Assembly (NCBI GenBank): GCA_964647465.1
Contig: CAZYFS010000002.1
Coordinates: forward strand, 1 to 62,434
Length of the DNA stretch: 62,434 nt
Reading direction: 5' to 3'
Source: an uncultured Candidatus Saccharibacteria bacterium
GTDB taxonomy: Bacteria; Patescibacteriota; Minisyncoccia; Minisyncoccales; UBA1441
Within the stretch, counting starts at the first letter, position 1, and every line of letters begins with the position of its first letter. This document shows, piece by piece, positions 30,226-39,570 of this stretch. The notes below the pieces were generated by a model. It was given only the letters and a program-made list of their open reading frames with translations, made no database searches and was not told the DNA's origin. Position numbers and translations under genes: made by a program.

Positions 30226-30381
30226 TTATTCGCCTTCCTTCTCTGAATCATCATCTTCTGAATCGTCATCTTCTGAATCTTCTTCTTCTGAATCTTCTTC
30301 TTCTGAATCTTCTTCTGTGCTATCTTCTTCTACTTTTTCTTCTTCTTCTGCTTTTTCTTCTGTTCCAAATTCTTCTTCCAT
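30226..30381 (-). CDS. hyperacidic 51-aa protein (not in the ORF track)
   Basis: My translation is MEEEFGTEEKAEEEEKVEEDSTEEDSEEEDSEEEDSEDDDSEDDDSEKEGE followed by TAA. It has its own strong terminator, and there is no competing ORF on either strand. Confidence 0.4.
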   Translation of the reverse strand: MEEEFGTEEKAEEEEKVEEDSTEEDSEEEDSEEEDSEDDDSEDDDSEKEGE

Positions 30382-30498
30382 GATAATTAAAATTTATTAC
30401 TGACAGGGACAGTCGACCACTCTGACCACTTCCAAAATCATAATAATCAAGGTATAACATCTGCCTCTTTTTGTCAAGTGGTTTTTTGAAATGAAGGT

Positions 30499-31374
30499 CT
30501 ACAAAAATTCAATTTCTTTCTCTAGAATAACATTAAACTTTTCTTTAACTTTTTTTTGAATCAAAATTATTAGCCTTCGAACATCTTCGCTTTTTGCCTG
30601 ATCTAAATTTATAATGAAGTTAGCATGCTTTAGGGAAACCTGTGCCTGCCCTATTTTTCTGCCTTTTAACCCCGCCTCTTCGATTAATTTCCCAGCTGAT
30701 AATTCTGTTGGATTTTTAAAAACACTTCCTGCTGAAGGATAATGAGGTTGAGCGAGCTGTTTAAGTTGTCGATTCTTTTCTGTGGTAATCGCAATTTCTC
30801 TAGCGTTTCCTTTCGCTAATTTCAGAACAATCGAAAGAACAATTAAATTATGATTTCTCCGAAAAATACTATCTCTATAATCAAACTCGCAATCCTTAAG
30901 AAGATATTTTTTCTTCTTGAGATTTCCTTGATCTAAAATCATCACCTCTTTTACTAATTTCGCCATTGAGCCATCGAAGGATCCAGCGTTTCCTCTAATC
31001 GCTCCTCCAATTGTTCCAGGAATTCTCACTGCCCACTCTAATCCAGAATATTCTTTTTGTTCTGCTTGATGAACTAGCAAGGACAGAGAAGCTCCTGCTT
31101 GTCCAAAAACTTCATCTCCTTCCCAGCGAAGTTCGGAAGCTTTAATCTGAATAATCAGACCCGGATATCCTTTATCAGAAATTAATAGATTACTACCTCC
31201 CCCTAAAATAAAAATAGGAAGAGCCATGCTTTTTGCTTTTCTCAAGTTTATTATTAAGTCATCCTCAGAATAAACTTGGCAAAAATACTTTGCCCTTCCT
31301 CCAATCTTGAAACTGGTGTGTTCTTTTAAACTAACATTTCTTTCCCAGTTATTCTCATCAAATTTTTGTTTCAT
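30499..31374 (-). CDS. murB: UDP-N-acetylenolpyruvoylglucosamine reductase
   Basis: 291 aa with FAD-binding PCMH-type motifs (HTSFKIGG, ILGGGSNLL, GTIGGAIRGNAG) and the MurB C-terminal domain. Confidence 0.9.
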   Translation of the reverse strand: MKQKFDENNWERNVSLKEHTSFKIGGRAKYFCQVYSEDDLIINLRKAKSMALPIFILGGGSNLLISDKGYPGLIIQIKASELRWEGDEVFGQAGASLSLLVHQAEQKEYSGLEWAVRIPGTIGGAIRGNAGSFDGSMAKLVKEVMILDQGNLKKKKYLLKDCEFDYRDSIFRRNHNLIVLSIVLKLAKGNAREIAITTEKNRQLKQLAQPHYPSAGSVFKNPTELSAGKLIEEAGLKGRKIGQAQVSLKHANFIINLDQAKSEDVRRLIILIQKKVKEKFNVILEKEIEFL

Positions 31375-31404
31375 GGTTAAAGGAAATTATCTTCCCTGAA
31401 TGTT

Positions 31405-33150
31405 TTAAGAATTAGAAGATTCAATAATTTCCTCCGAAGAAAACAATAATCGATTAACTTCTTTCCTTGTTTGTGGACCAAAATAACCTGTCCCTTTGCT
31501 TAGGTTTAGAGGTTCCAATATTTCTTTGGCATATTTTTCCTGAAATCGACTAACCGCCTGTTGGGTTAAATCTGAGAAATTACCCGTAATTAATCCATTA
31601 GGGAAAATATCACCTCCCTCAACCTTTAGAAAAATTTGTAATGCCCTGACTTGATCACTATCTTTTATCCCAAGATAGAGATTCTCTCCGAATGATTCTA
31701 TTTCTATTCCTTCTTGCTCTATTAAGACCGTAATAATTTTACCTTTCAAGATAACAATTTCTTCTTCAAGAAGTCGAATCCGCTTCCTAAGCTCTTCTAT
31801 CATTCTCATCTGTTCTAATCGAGGATCGGCTGTCGCTTCCCAAGAAAAAGGATATTTATTTTCTTGCCCGTTAAATCCAGAAACTTTGCTTTGAATCGAA
31901 GGAAGAATTGTGACTGAATACTTTTCTGAACCAAAACCAGGAATAAGAAGTTCTCCTTTTTGATATTCATCTAAAGAGAGAAATTTTATTTCCCATTCCC
32001 CTTCCCTATCCTTGATAACATAAGGAATATTAAATAAATTTTCTGAACTTCCAATAAATTCTATGCGCAAATCTCCTTCTCCTCCAATGAATCTTATCCA
32101 TTTTAGTGACCAATTCCCGATTTCCCCATCGGCTGAAAGTTGGCTCTTTTTGCGTAAAGGCAAAAAGTTAGTCTCTGGAATAACGTGCAAATCCTTTAGG
32201 GCTTGATTGAGATAGCAATATTTTGTATCTAAAGAACAGTCATTAATATAAACTGCAATTCCCCAATCAGTAAAAATTTGAGCAAAATCTTCTTTAAATC
32301 CATTTTTAATTAGCGCTTGGTTTATTGAAGCAATTCCCGATGCCCCTGATTGAAGAGAGTCTATAAGAATTTCTTTCCCATAATGTTCAGTCAAATATTG
32401 AGTAAAGAGATTCAATCCTCCGTAATCTTCTACTTTATCTGTCCAACCAACGATAGAATCAGAAGAATTATGAAGAAAAATCTTCGTTCTTTTTTGCAAA
32501 TTACTCCCTTCGTAAATCTTATCATATCCCGTCAGAGTCGAAGCATATTCAGCCCTTGCCTCATTAAGCCAAGTCTCCTCTGAGATTCCCCTTAATTTCT
32601 CTTTTTGGTTAAAAGTAATTAAATGAGTGAATTCATGAGCCACTAAGCTTTTGATATAATGCCCCATAAGAAAATCGACATTCACATAGATCATCTCCCG
32701 AACGTTAGAACGTGGATTGTAAAGACGAGGATACTCGTCAACAAATCGAAAATACCCTCCCACCCCCTCTTTCATGGGATAAAGCAAGATTGTTATTCGA
32801 TCATCTTTATCAATTCCCGGATTCCATTCTTCTCCATAGCTAGATGTTAAAACCGGATAAATATTATCATCGAATTCTCTCGCCAAAGAAGCTAGATAAT
32901 GGTCAGCTTTCCTCTGATCTTCTTCGGTTAACTCACTCCACCATTGATCGCTAACGTAAAAATAGGCTTTTTCTGAGATTTGTCTTTGGGTTGCTGACAC
33001 TTCTCCCATTCTTTGAATATTGTACTGAGGATCAACAAAGAAACTTCTCTGATCATCCGGCAAATCAGCAAAAGAAGAAACTGGCAAAACCAGCAAAGAT
33101 AATATAAAAACAATTAAAGAAATTGCTGATCTTTTTTTTGAAAGAGACAT
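31405..33150 (-). CDS. secreted HExxH zinc metallopeptidase-like protein with a C-terminal peptidoglycan-binding domain
   Basis: 581 aa with a signal peptide, the VAHEFTHLI (HExxH) motif and a coiled-coil linker. The C-terminal PG_binding_1-like repeat reads VRALQIFL...GNFSDLTQQAVSRFQ...GYFGPQTR. Confidence 0.6.
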   Translation of the reverse strand: MSLSKKRSAISLIVFILSLLVLPVSSFADLPDDQRSFFVDPQYNIQRMGEVSATQRQISEKAYFYVSDQWWSELTEEDQRKADHYLASLAREFDDNIYPVLTSSYGEEWNPGIDKDDRITILLYPMKEGVGGYFRFVDEYPRLYNPRSNVREMIYVNVDFLMGHYIKSLVAHEFTHLITFNQKEKLRGISEETWLNEARAEYASTLTGYDKIYEGSNLQKRTKIFLHNSSDSIVGWTDKVEDYGGLNLFTQYLTEHYGKEILIDSLQSGASGIASINQALIKNGFKEDFAQIFTDWGIAVYINDCSLDTKYCYLNQALKDLHVIPETNFLPLRKKSQLSADGEIGNWSLKWIRFIGGEGDLRIEFIGSSENLFNIPYVIKDREGEWEIKFLSLDEYQKGELLIPGFGSEKYSVTILPSIQSKVSGFNGQENKYPFSWEATADPRLEQMRMIEELRKRIRLLEEEIVILKGKIITVLIEQEGIEIESFGENLYLGIKDSDQVRALQIFLKVEGGDIFPNGLITGNFSDLTQQAVSRFQEKYAKEILEPLNLSKGTGYFGPQTRKEVNRLLFSSEEIIESSNS

Positions 33151-33306
33151 TGGCTTTTTAAAGAGAAATTTTATTTAACGTTTCTTTATTTTATCACAAT
33201 ATGATTTGAAAACAAAAATGCCTCTCTCGACCTATCGCAAGCGACAAGTCAAAAGAAGCACTGTTATGTTAGCAAGTCTTGATTTTTTGTCAAGACTGTC
33301 AATTCT

Positions 33307-33696
33307 CTATTTTGGTGAGTCTGACTTTTTTGGCAAACTTGGTGTCTTCACAACCGCTAGAATAGATTTAATACTCACTATTAAACCAGCAGCTGATAGG
33401 AAAGAAATGAAGTTTTGAAGCATTGCCTGAATTGTTTCCGAGAAACTGCTCCCTGCCATTCCAATCGCCTGCAATCCACCGACTCCAACTAATAGCAATA
33501 TTGCTAAAGCAAGCAAGAAAGAACTGGTTTCTTTTCTTCCAATATTCAAAAATCCGACAATCAGCCCTAAGATAAACAAAGTAACAGGAACCCAAGTTAC
33601 TATTCCGGCAAATCCAGCGAAGATGGCTAAAATCAAACCGATAACGAAAGACCAGGCTCCTATTTCCCTTAAAGAATTTTGGTTGTCCATGTTCAA
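33307..33696 (-). CDS. small integral membrane protein (about 4 TM), unknown function
   Basis: 129 aa, strongly hydrophobic, with no recognisable motif. Confidence 0.45.
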   Translation of the reverse strand: MNMDNQNSLREIGAWSFVIGLILAIFAGFAGIVTWVPVTLFILGLIVGFLNIGRKETSSFLLALAILLLVGVGGLQAIGMAGSSFSETIQAMLQNFISFLSAAGLIVSIKSILAVVKTPSLPKKSDSPK

Positions 33697-33773
33697 TATT
33701 TAATTTACTAATAAAAAGAATCGACCTTTAAATTTAACTCTGTCTCATGTAATTTCCTCAAAGCTAACTAACT

Positions 33774-34787
33774 TTAGTCAGCCGGCTTAAGCCCAATTCC
33801 CTTCTCCTTCGTTCGTTTCCAGAAAGTTAAACTAGTTTGATGATGCACTCTTTGAATTAAATCGTAATCAGTGGTCATTAAATCATAGACTAAGTTAAAG
33901 ACCATGCCTGATTGTCCAAACTTTTTAAAATTGACTTGACTATTTTCAGCTAAATCAATTTCCTCCATAACTTCAGTTGCAATTACTGCCACCTTATTAA
34001 CATCATCTGCTTCTGAACTATAATCTAAAGCAAACGGGAGAATCATCTGAATTTTTTTCTTGTCACTATAATTACGTAAAATTTTGCTAGTTAAAAGATA
34101 GTTCGGGATTATTATATCTTCTCCTTGAGGAGCTCGGATACATGTTGTTCGAAAACCTATCTTCTCTACCCTCCCCTGATCTTCACCAATAGCAATAAAC
34201 TCTCCTTTTTCAAAAGGACGATTTAAAAAGATAATCAAAGAAGAAAACAGTTGCGATAAAGTGTTCCTTACGGCAAAAGTTATAACCAACCCACTGATTC
34301 CTAGACTAGTAAGAAAAACAGAGGTATTGTATCCCCACACCGGAAGAATATACAATATTACCCCTACCCAAGCAACTATCTGAATCAATTTCCAGAAAAA
34401 AGCAATTGAAGTATGTCTTTTCCTTTCTTGTCGATTGGTTGGCGCCTGATTAGAAATATGACTAGCAATCCGCCCTATAAACCAAGCAACATAAATACTA
34501 AGCAAAGAAACAAAAATCCGACTGATGATTCCATCCATAGTCGGAAATAGAGAAACTGTTTTGCAACTAACATAGATCGAAACAATAATGCTGGGAAACC
34601 AACTCCCCTTTCTAATTGTCCGAACAATTCCTTGAATTAGGTGAACCTTAGTTTGCTTTGTTTTCTTCTTAACAAAATGAACAATCAAAAGAGAAAAAAC
34701 TTGCAAAAATATCCAGCAACTTAGGAAAATACCAAAGGCAAAGAAATATTTTGGAAAATTATTAACGATATTTAATAAAAAAGACAC
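33774..34787 (-). CDS. mechanosensitive ion channel, MscS family
   Basis: 337 aa with N-terminal TMs and the MscS beta-domain motif RPFEKGEFIAIGEDQGRVEKIGFRTTCIRAPQGEDIIIPN. Confidence 0.8.
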   Translation of the reverse strand: MSFLLNIVNNFPKYFFAFGIFLSCWIFLQVFSLLIVHFVKKKTKQTKVHLIQGIVRTIRKGSWFPSIIVSIYVSCKTVSLFPTMDGIISRIFVSLLSIYVAWFIGRIASHISNQAPTNRQERKRHTSIAFFWKLIQIVAWVGVILYILPVWGYNTSVFLTSLGISGLVITFAVRNTLSQLFSSLIIFLNRPFEKGEFIAIGEDQGRVEKIGFRTTCIRAPQGEDIIIPNYLLTSKILRNYSDKKKIQMILPFALDYSSEADDVNKVAVIATEVMEEIDLAENSQVNFKKFGQSGMVFNLVYDLMTTDYDLIQRVHHQTSLTFWKRTKEKGIGLKPAD

Positions 34788-34808
34788 AACAAAATTATTT
34801 AATATAAT

Positions 34809-35054
34809 TTACTCTTTCTCTTCCGAGTAATTATTCGTGTTATTTTCTTCCTCAAATTTAGAAATTTTATTCTTTGGTTTTTTATTTCTTCCTAAAGCCA
34901 AGAAAAATCCGCCTAGTATTAACGAACCTACTATCCCAATTAGATATTGATATTGGTTAACGATAATTTCTCGGCCAACAATTAACCCTAAACCAAAACC
35001 GATTAATAGGGTTCCAAGAATCGATAACAATGGTTTTAAAAAACTCTCATTCAT
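34809..35054 (-). CDS. small 2-TM membrane protein, unknown function
   Basis: 81 aa with two hydrophobic helices and a charged tail. Confidence 0.4.
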   Translation of the reverse strand: MNESFLKPLLSILGTLLIGFGLGLIVGREIIVNQYQYLIGIVGSLILGGFFLALGRNKKPKNKISKFEEENNTNNYSEEKE

Positions 35055-35082
35055 TATTGATTAATTATAGCTTTATTTTGTT

Positions 35083-36045
35083 TTATCGTCTACCTGAAAG
35101 TTTTCTTAAATCTTCACTGGGACAAAAAACCTCAAAAAATATCACTCCGTCAAAATGCTTTGAGCCCTGCTGGATCAGATAATCTTGAAAAGAAACTTGA
35201 ATAACCTCCCCTTTTAATGAACTGGCGTGGATAAATTTCTCTCCTTCAAATAAGAATCCTTCATGGACCACATCCAATCCTTGTTCTATCGTTGCCTCTC
35301 TGACAAAAGCTACGCCCAAAGCAAAGGGTAAAGTTTCCAAGAAATTACTTCTCTGACAATATTCAATGGGAATATATTTTAAAAGCCCTTGCTTCTCCCA
35401 GTCTATATCGACGATTCTTTTCCCTTCGTTCCCTTTCTTATTTAAAATAATTTCTGCTTCTTCAATTAACTCTGGATCAATAAGCTGTTCAGTGACATCT
35501 TTAAAAAATAAAGAAACTTTATTGCGATCCGTAGTAAAGTGCAAACGATTATAAAAAGAAATATAATCCGATCGATAATTTATTTGTGCCATCTTTGCCA
35601 AAGCCTCTTCCGCGCTTTGCGAACAAAGCAAGGCAGTATTAGTGAGAACAAAGGCCGTGCAATCGGTAAAATCTAACCGAAAGATAGGATCAAGATCTAT
35701 TCCTGACTCTTCTCCCAAACAACCGAGTTTATAAGGGGTGCCCAGCCGAAGAAAAGAAATAACCCACAATCTATCTTTCTCTAAAGGAAATCTCTGTTTT
35801 AGTTCTAAAAGAAATTCCGTGATTTCTTCTTGGTTTCGATAATGAATCTTCGATTGTTCTTCTATCCATGCTTGATTAATTTTCTCGTTATCAAAATCTG
35901 CTGAAATCTCTTTTTTTTCTTTCGTTTCTACTGGAGAAATATCTATCGACGAGCTTGAAAAAATACGAAGAATTCCACCCACAATCATTAAAAGAAAAAA
36001 GAGGAGCAGAATATTTTTTTCTCTTTTTTTAATACTAGCTAACAT
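35083..36045 (-). CDS. DUF1460-like (amidase-like fold) protein with an N-terminal anchor
   Basis: 320 aa. GTPYKLGCLGEE...LDFTDCTAFVLTNTALL resembles the DUF1460 core. The assignment is from memory only. Confidence 0.45.
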   Translation of the reverse strand: MLASIKKREKNILLLFFLLMIVGGILRIFSSSSIDISPVETKEKKEISADFDNEKINQAWIEEQSKIHYRNQEEITEFLLELKQRFPLEKDRLWVISFLRLGTPYKLGCLGEESGIDLDPIFRLDFTDCTAFVLTNTALLCSQSAEEALAKMAQINYRSDYISFYNRLHFTTDRNKVSLFFKDVTEQLIDPELIEEAEIILNKKGNEGKRIVDIDWEKQGLLKYIPIEYCQRSNFLETLPFALGVAFVREATIEQGLDVVHEGFLFEGEKFIHASSLKGEVIQVSFQDYLIQQGSKHFDGVIFFEVFCPSEDLRKLSGRR

Positions 36046-36342
36046 TCTTTTATTTTACCTAGAATTATCAAGAAATAAAAACAAAAATTTCTCTCCCCCT
36101 GTTTCTGTAGCAATTATTTAACCGAAAATGTTTTATTTTTTCCGATCTTCGAACATCACTTTGACCACATTTCCAATCAAGAAGAATGGCGTAAACATTT
36201 TTAATATTTTTTCGGCGAATTCGTCTATAGACATAAGATTATAAAGCTTACAAAAGATTAGAGCTTATTGTATTCTCATTTTTCTAAAAAAGCAAACAAC
36301 TCAAGCAATTCCTTGTTGTAATTTCATAATTAATTTATGTCG

Positions 36343-36377
36343 CTAAAAATAGAAGCCCTATCGATTTCTCGACAGGG
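36343..36377 (-). terminator. intrinsic terminator after the tRNA-binding protein gene
   Basis: The hairpin ccctgtcga-gaaa-tcgataggg on the minus strand is followed by CTTCTATTTTTAG. Confidence 0.5.
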
Positions 36378-36409
36378 ACTTATTCTATCTATTTCTTCAA
36401 AAAAATAGA

Positions 36410-36724
36410 CTATCTAATTTTTGTTCCAGGTGGAACTTCCTCGTCTGGCTTTAAAAGCACAGGCCCTTGACTGTTTGCTGCCAATATCATTCCTTGACTC
36501 TCTATTCCTAAAATAATTCTTGGCTCCAAATTCGTTATCACCACCACTTCTCGATCAATAATTTCCTCGGGTTGATAGAATTCACTTAAGCCAGCAACTA
36601 TTTGTCTTTCCTCTTCTCCAATATCCACAATTAGTTTCAATAGTTTTCGAGAATCCGTTATTTTTTCAGCATGCACAATCTTTCCTATCCTTAAATCCAT
36701 TTTTTGAAATTGTTCTAAATCCAT
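36410..36724 (-). CDS. tRNA-binding domain protein (CsaA / EMAP-II-like OB fold)
   Basis: 104 aa. DLRIGKIVHAEKITDSRKLLKLIVDIGEE...QIVAGL...ILA is the classic tRNA_bind domain. Confidence 0.8.
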   Translation of the reverse strand: MDLEQFQKMDLRIGKIVHAEKITDSRKLLKLIVDIGEEERQIVAGLSEFYQPEEIIDREVVVITNLEPRIILGIESQGMILAANSQGPVLLKPDEEVPPGTKIR

Positions 36725-36758
36725 TGTGTTTTATTAGAGATTTACTTCCTTTGCTCGA

Positions 36759-37571
36759 TTAAAGTAATTCGTAGGTTATTCCAACCTCGACTCGAATCTT
36801 GTTTTCTCCTATTTCTATTTCTGGAACGATGGAATCAGTAGATTCCTGAGACGTTGGCATGGCTCCATAAAGACGACTCATGAAATAAGGAGTCGCTGCT
36901 TGCTCTCGAAAACTCACTATCGGGCCAAGACGCACCCCTAATTGACTAGCAAGACTTTGCGCTTTTTCTTTTGCTTGCTGAATGGCCTCTTCTCTGGCTT
37001 GAATTTTAAAGGCTTCTTCTTCGTCAACCAATAACTGCAAATCTCCTATTTGATTAGCTCCCGCTTCCGTTGCACATTGAATAATTGATCCAATTTTCGT
37101 TAGATCTCTAATTTTAACGGTAAGTTCTTGCTGAACTTCGTAACCAACTAAAATTCTTTCTCCTTCCGGAAAGATAGATGACTCTGACTTCTGCCATTCA
37201 TAACGAGGATAAACGTTAAAAGTTTTTGTCTGCAAATCTCCCTCAACTACTTCTCCGACTTTCACTGCTTCAATGATTTTATTCATTTTCTGGCTATTCA
37301 GTTCCATCGCCGCCGCTACCGTCTTTGCTTCAGTTTTAACCATAAGATCAATTAATGACAAATCAGGCTTCGCATAAACTTCTCCCTCTCCGTTTACCGT
37401 TATTGTATTAACAGGAATCAATTCTTTCCCGATATAACGACCTTCTTCAACTTTGTTTTGAATTTCCACAACAAAAAGGACGATCGTGACAAAAATAAGC
37501 ACAAAAATAAGGCCTGTTAATGCCAAGCTCATCTTTTTATTTCTGTTGAGAATGCTTTTAATGTTATTCAT
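36759..37571 (-). CDS. SIMPL (DUF541) domain protein, membrane-anchored
   Basis: 270 aa with an N-terminal TM helix and the ITVNGEGEVYAKPDLSLIDLMV start typical of SIMPL domains. Confidence 0.7.
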   Translation of the reverse strand: MNNIKSILNRNKKMSLALTGLIFVLIFVTIVLFVVEIQNKVEEGRYIGKELIPVNTITVNGEGEVYAKPDLSLIDLMVKTEAKTVAAAMELNSQKMNKIIEAVKVGEVVEGDLQTKTFNVYPRYEWQKSESSIFPEGERILVGYEVQQELTVKIRDLTKIGSIIQCATEAGANQIGDLQLLVDEEEAFKIQAREEAIQQAKEKAQSLASQLGVRLGPIVSFREQAATPYFMSRLYGAMPTSQESTDSIVPEIEIGENKIRVEVGITYELL

Positions 37572-37633
37572 TTTAATTAATATTTAGTTAATAACAATTA
37601 AACAAATCATCAATCGACCTTTAGTATGATACT

Positions 37634-38467
37634 TTATTGAACTAGAGCTAATAACCCTGGATTAACTAATAACACTATCCCTAAAACAATCATTGCTATC
37701 CCCCCGATTAGTTTGATAATCTGCATTTGTTTTTTCTTAATTTCCCCTCCATGAAAGAAACAACCAAATAACAAAATCACAATCGCCAAGGGAATAATGT
37801 AAATCATGTTATAAAGCATAAGATAAAAATAATAAGAAAAACCGCCCAGTAATGTTTTTTGAGAAAGAACATTTGTAAAAATAATAGGCCAGCCAGCTGT
37901 GCAAGGTAATTCGATCAAAGAAGCAAAGGCTGCTAAAATCACCGAGGAAAGAATCAGGGCCGGAAAAGTGCCGTGCTGGATAATTGATTTAACTTTATCT
38001 ATTTTCTTCATCAAGGGCAATTTGTGCTTTTCTTGAATCATTAGAGTAACTCCTTTCCTGAATGCGAAAATTTCCTTGCAATTAATCAACCCTGCTCCAA
38101 TAGCCAAGATGGCAATAGTTATCCGTAAAGGGTTAATAAAACCAACTAAGCGAAAAAAATTCAGCCAAGCAACCATATATAGTAAATAAGAAAGCCCTGT
38201 CACGAAAAGAAAAATTGCTCCTACTAAGAAAATCTTTTTTCGATTATTAGAAACCGAAAAGAGCAATCCCAGCAAAAATGTAACTAACCACATCGTGCAG
38301 GGATTAAATCCGTCAATAAGGGCAATAACGAGAGTAAATACTGGCAAAGAACAAGAAAATCCTAATTCCTTAAAATAGTTTGGGTCTGCTTGCCTAGCTA
38401 AAATAAAAATTCCGATAAAGAAACCTAATAATATAAAAATAGCAATTTTTGATGTTCTTTTACTCAT
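37634..38467 (-). CDS. CcdA/DsbD-like transmembrane thiol-disulfide electron transporter
   Basis: 277 aa polytopic protein with two intramembrane Cys motifs (DGFNPCTMW and ELPCTAGWP). Confidence 0.55.
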   Translation of the reverse strand: MSKRTSKIAIFILLGFFIGIFILARQADPNYFKELGFSCSLPVFTLVIALIDGFNPCTMWLVTFLLGLLFSVSNNRKKIFLVGAIFLFVTGLSYLLYMVAWLNFFRLVGFINPLRITIAILAIGAGLINCKEIFAFRKGVTLMIQEKHKLPLMKKIDKVKSIIQHGTFPALILSSVILAAFASLIELPCTAGWPIIFTNVLSQKTLLGGFSYYFYLMLYNMIYIIPLAIVILLFGCFFHGGEIKKKQMQIIKLIGGIAMIVLGIVLLVNPGLLALVQ

Positions 38468-38477
38468 GAATTAATAA

Positions 38478-39368
38478 TTAATTGTGTTGTCTTCTTTTTC
38501 TTCGCCACGAGAAAAAAGAAATTATAGTGATAAAAGCGATAATCGCTCCGCAAATATAAATAAGCCCCAATCGACAACTAGGGCAAATGTCTTTCTCTTC
38601 CTTTGCTTCTCCAGCAAAAGGAACATCTTTAGCTGGAAGATTCTCTCCGTTCCACCGGAAAAGCCATCCTCCAATTTTAACGGCATTTTCAAAAAAGATT
38701 TCACCATCCGAAACTGGAACTGATTTAGATTCGATAATTGCATAATCCAATTGTTCGAGGATCAAAGCAGGATTCTCTTCCGTTAAAAACAATCTTAAAG
38801 AATCGTTCGAAACGCTTCCCCCTTCTTCTTTACAAAGAACCCTATTTCCTCCCCAAAAAGAAGGATGCCCTTCTAGTCCGCTTATATCCAGTTGCCCGAA
38901 AGGAATAGACGTTCCGTTAGCTAAAGCACATGTTCTTTCCCTTTCTTGAAGAGATTCTTGAAAAAGAGTATCTGCTTCTAAGACTTCAAATCGTCCATAA
39001 GCCTTTTTGCTCTCGCCTATTAAGAGCAAAGGAACTGCAACGGAAGATCCCTCTAAATAATTTTGATAATATTCTTCGGCTATTGGATTATTTTCTTTAT
39101 CAGCAAGAGGTGGTTCTACCAAGGGGTAAAAATAAGGACGGTATTCTACGATAACAATATTCCCTTCATGGGAAGGCAATAATTCTTGGAATAAAAACTG
39201 GTCGGCAATAGCACAATTAGAGCAACCAAGAGCAGTAAAATAAACAGCACAAACCGGATCCGTTGCTACTAGTTCCTCGTTTTGCGCCACAATCGTTGAA
39301 CTCAAAATTAAAAAAAGAAAAAGAGATAAAACTGCCGTCTTAACAATAAAACTTTTTTTGATTAACAT
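38478..39368 (-). CDS. secreted thioredoxin-like CxxC protein with a C-terminal TM anchor
   Basis: 296 aa with a signal peptide, the FTALGCSNCAIAD (CxxC) motif and a C-terminal hydrophobic helix plus an RRKRR stop-transfer. It is adjacent to the CcdA-like gene. Confidence 0.5.
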   Translation of the reverse strand: MLIKKSFIVKTAVLSLFLFLILSSTIVAQNEELVATDPVCAVYFTALGCSNCAIADQFLFQELLPSHEGNIVIVEYRPYFYPLVEPPLADKENNPIAEEYYQNYLEGSSVAVPLLLIGESKKAYGRFEVLEADTLFQESLQERERTCALANGTSIPFGQLDISGLEGHPSFWGGNRVLCKEEGGSVSNDSLRLFLTEENPALILEQLDYAIIESKSVPVSDGEIFFENAVKIGGWLFRWNGENLPAKDVPFAGEAKEEKDICPSCRLGLIYICGAIIAFITIISFFSWRRKRRQHN

Positions 39369-39570
39369 TTTGAATATTGTTTTTAAATTTAAACTAAGGT
39401 CTCTAGTTTTTATGATGCTACCACTTCTAGGTTGCTTCTATTATCCCCGCTTTATCGGCTGGACTCCCAGGAATAACAGTTAAATCAGTTGCCGTCCATC
39501 TTTTGCTAGTAAAGAAGCCTCTTCTGCTGCCTTGAAACATGTGGCATAAAATCAATAGAAAGTTAGAGAA

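Noticed and set aside
30451-30477. TTGACA ... TATACC as the promoter of the hyperacidic ORF
   Set aside because: The spacer is only 15 nt and the -10 element is weak. It is mentioned in the finding but not called as a feature.
36133-36234. A 33-aa minus-strand ORF (MSIDEFAEKILKMFTPFFLIGNVVKVMFEDRKK) in the 360-nt gap upstream of the DUF1460-like gene
   Set aside because: It has no SD, no convincing terminator and no recognisable motif, so it cannot be told apart from a chance ORF. It would need conservation or Ribo-seq support.
39369-39570. A 200-nt intergenic region with locally raised GC, examined for SRP RNA, 6S RNA or a riboswitch
   Set aside because: I found no SRP domain IV motif (GGAA tetraloop with AGCAGC), no convincing long hairpin and no known riboswitch core. 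It is left unassigned. A covariance-model scan (Rfam) would settle it.
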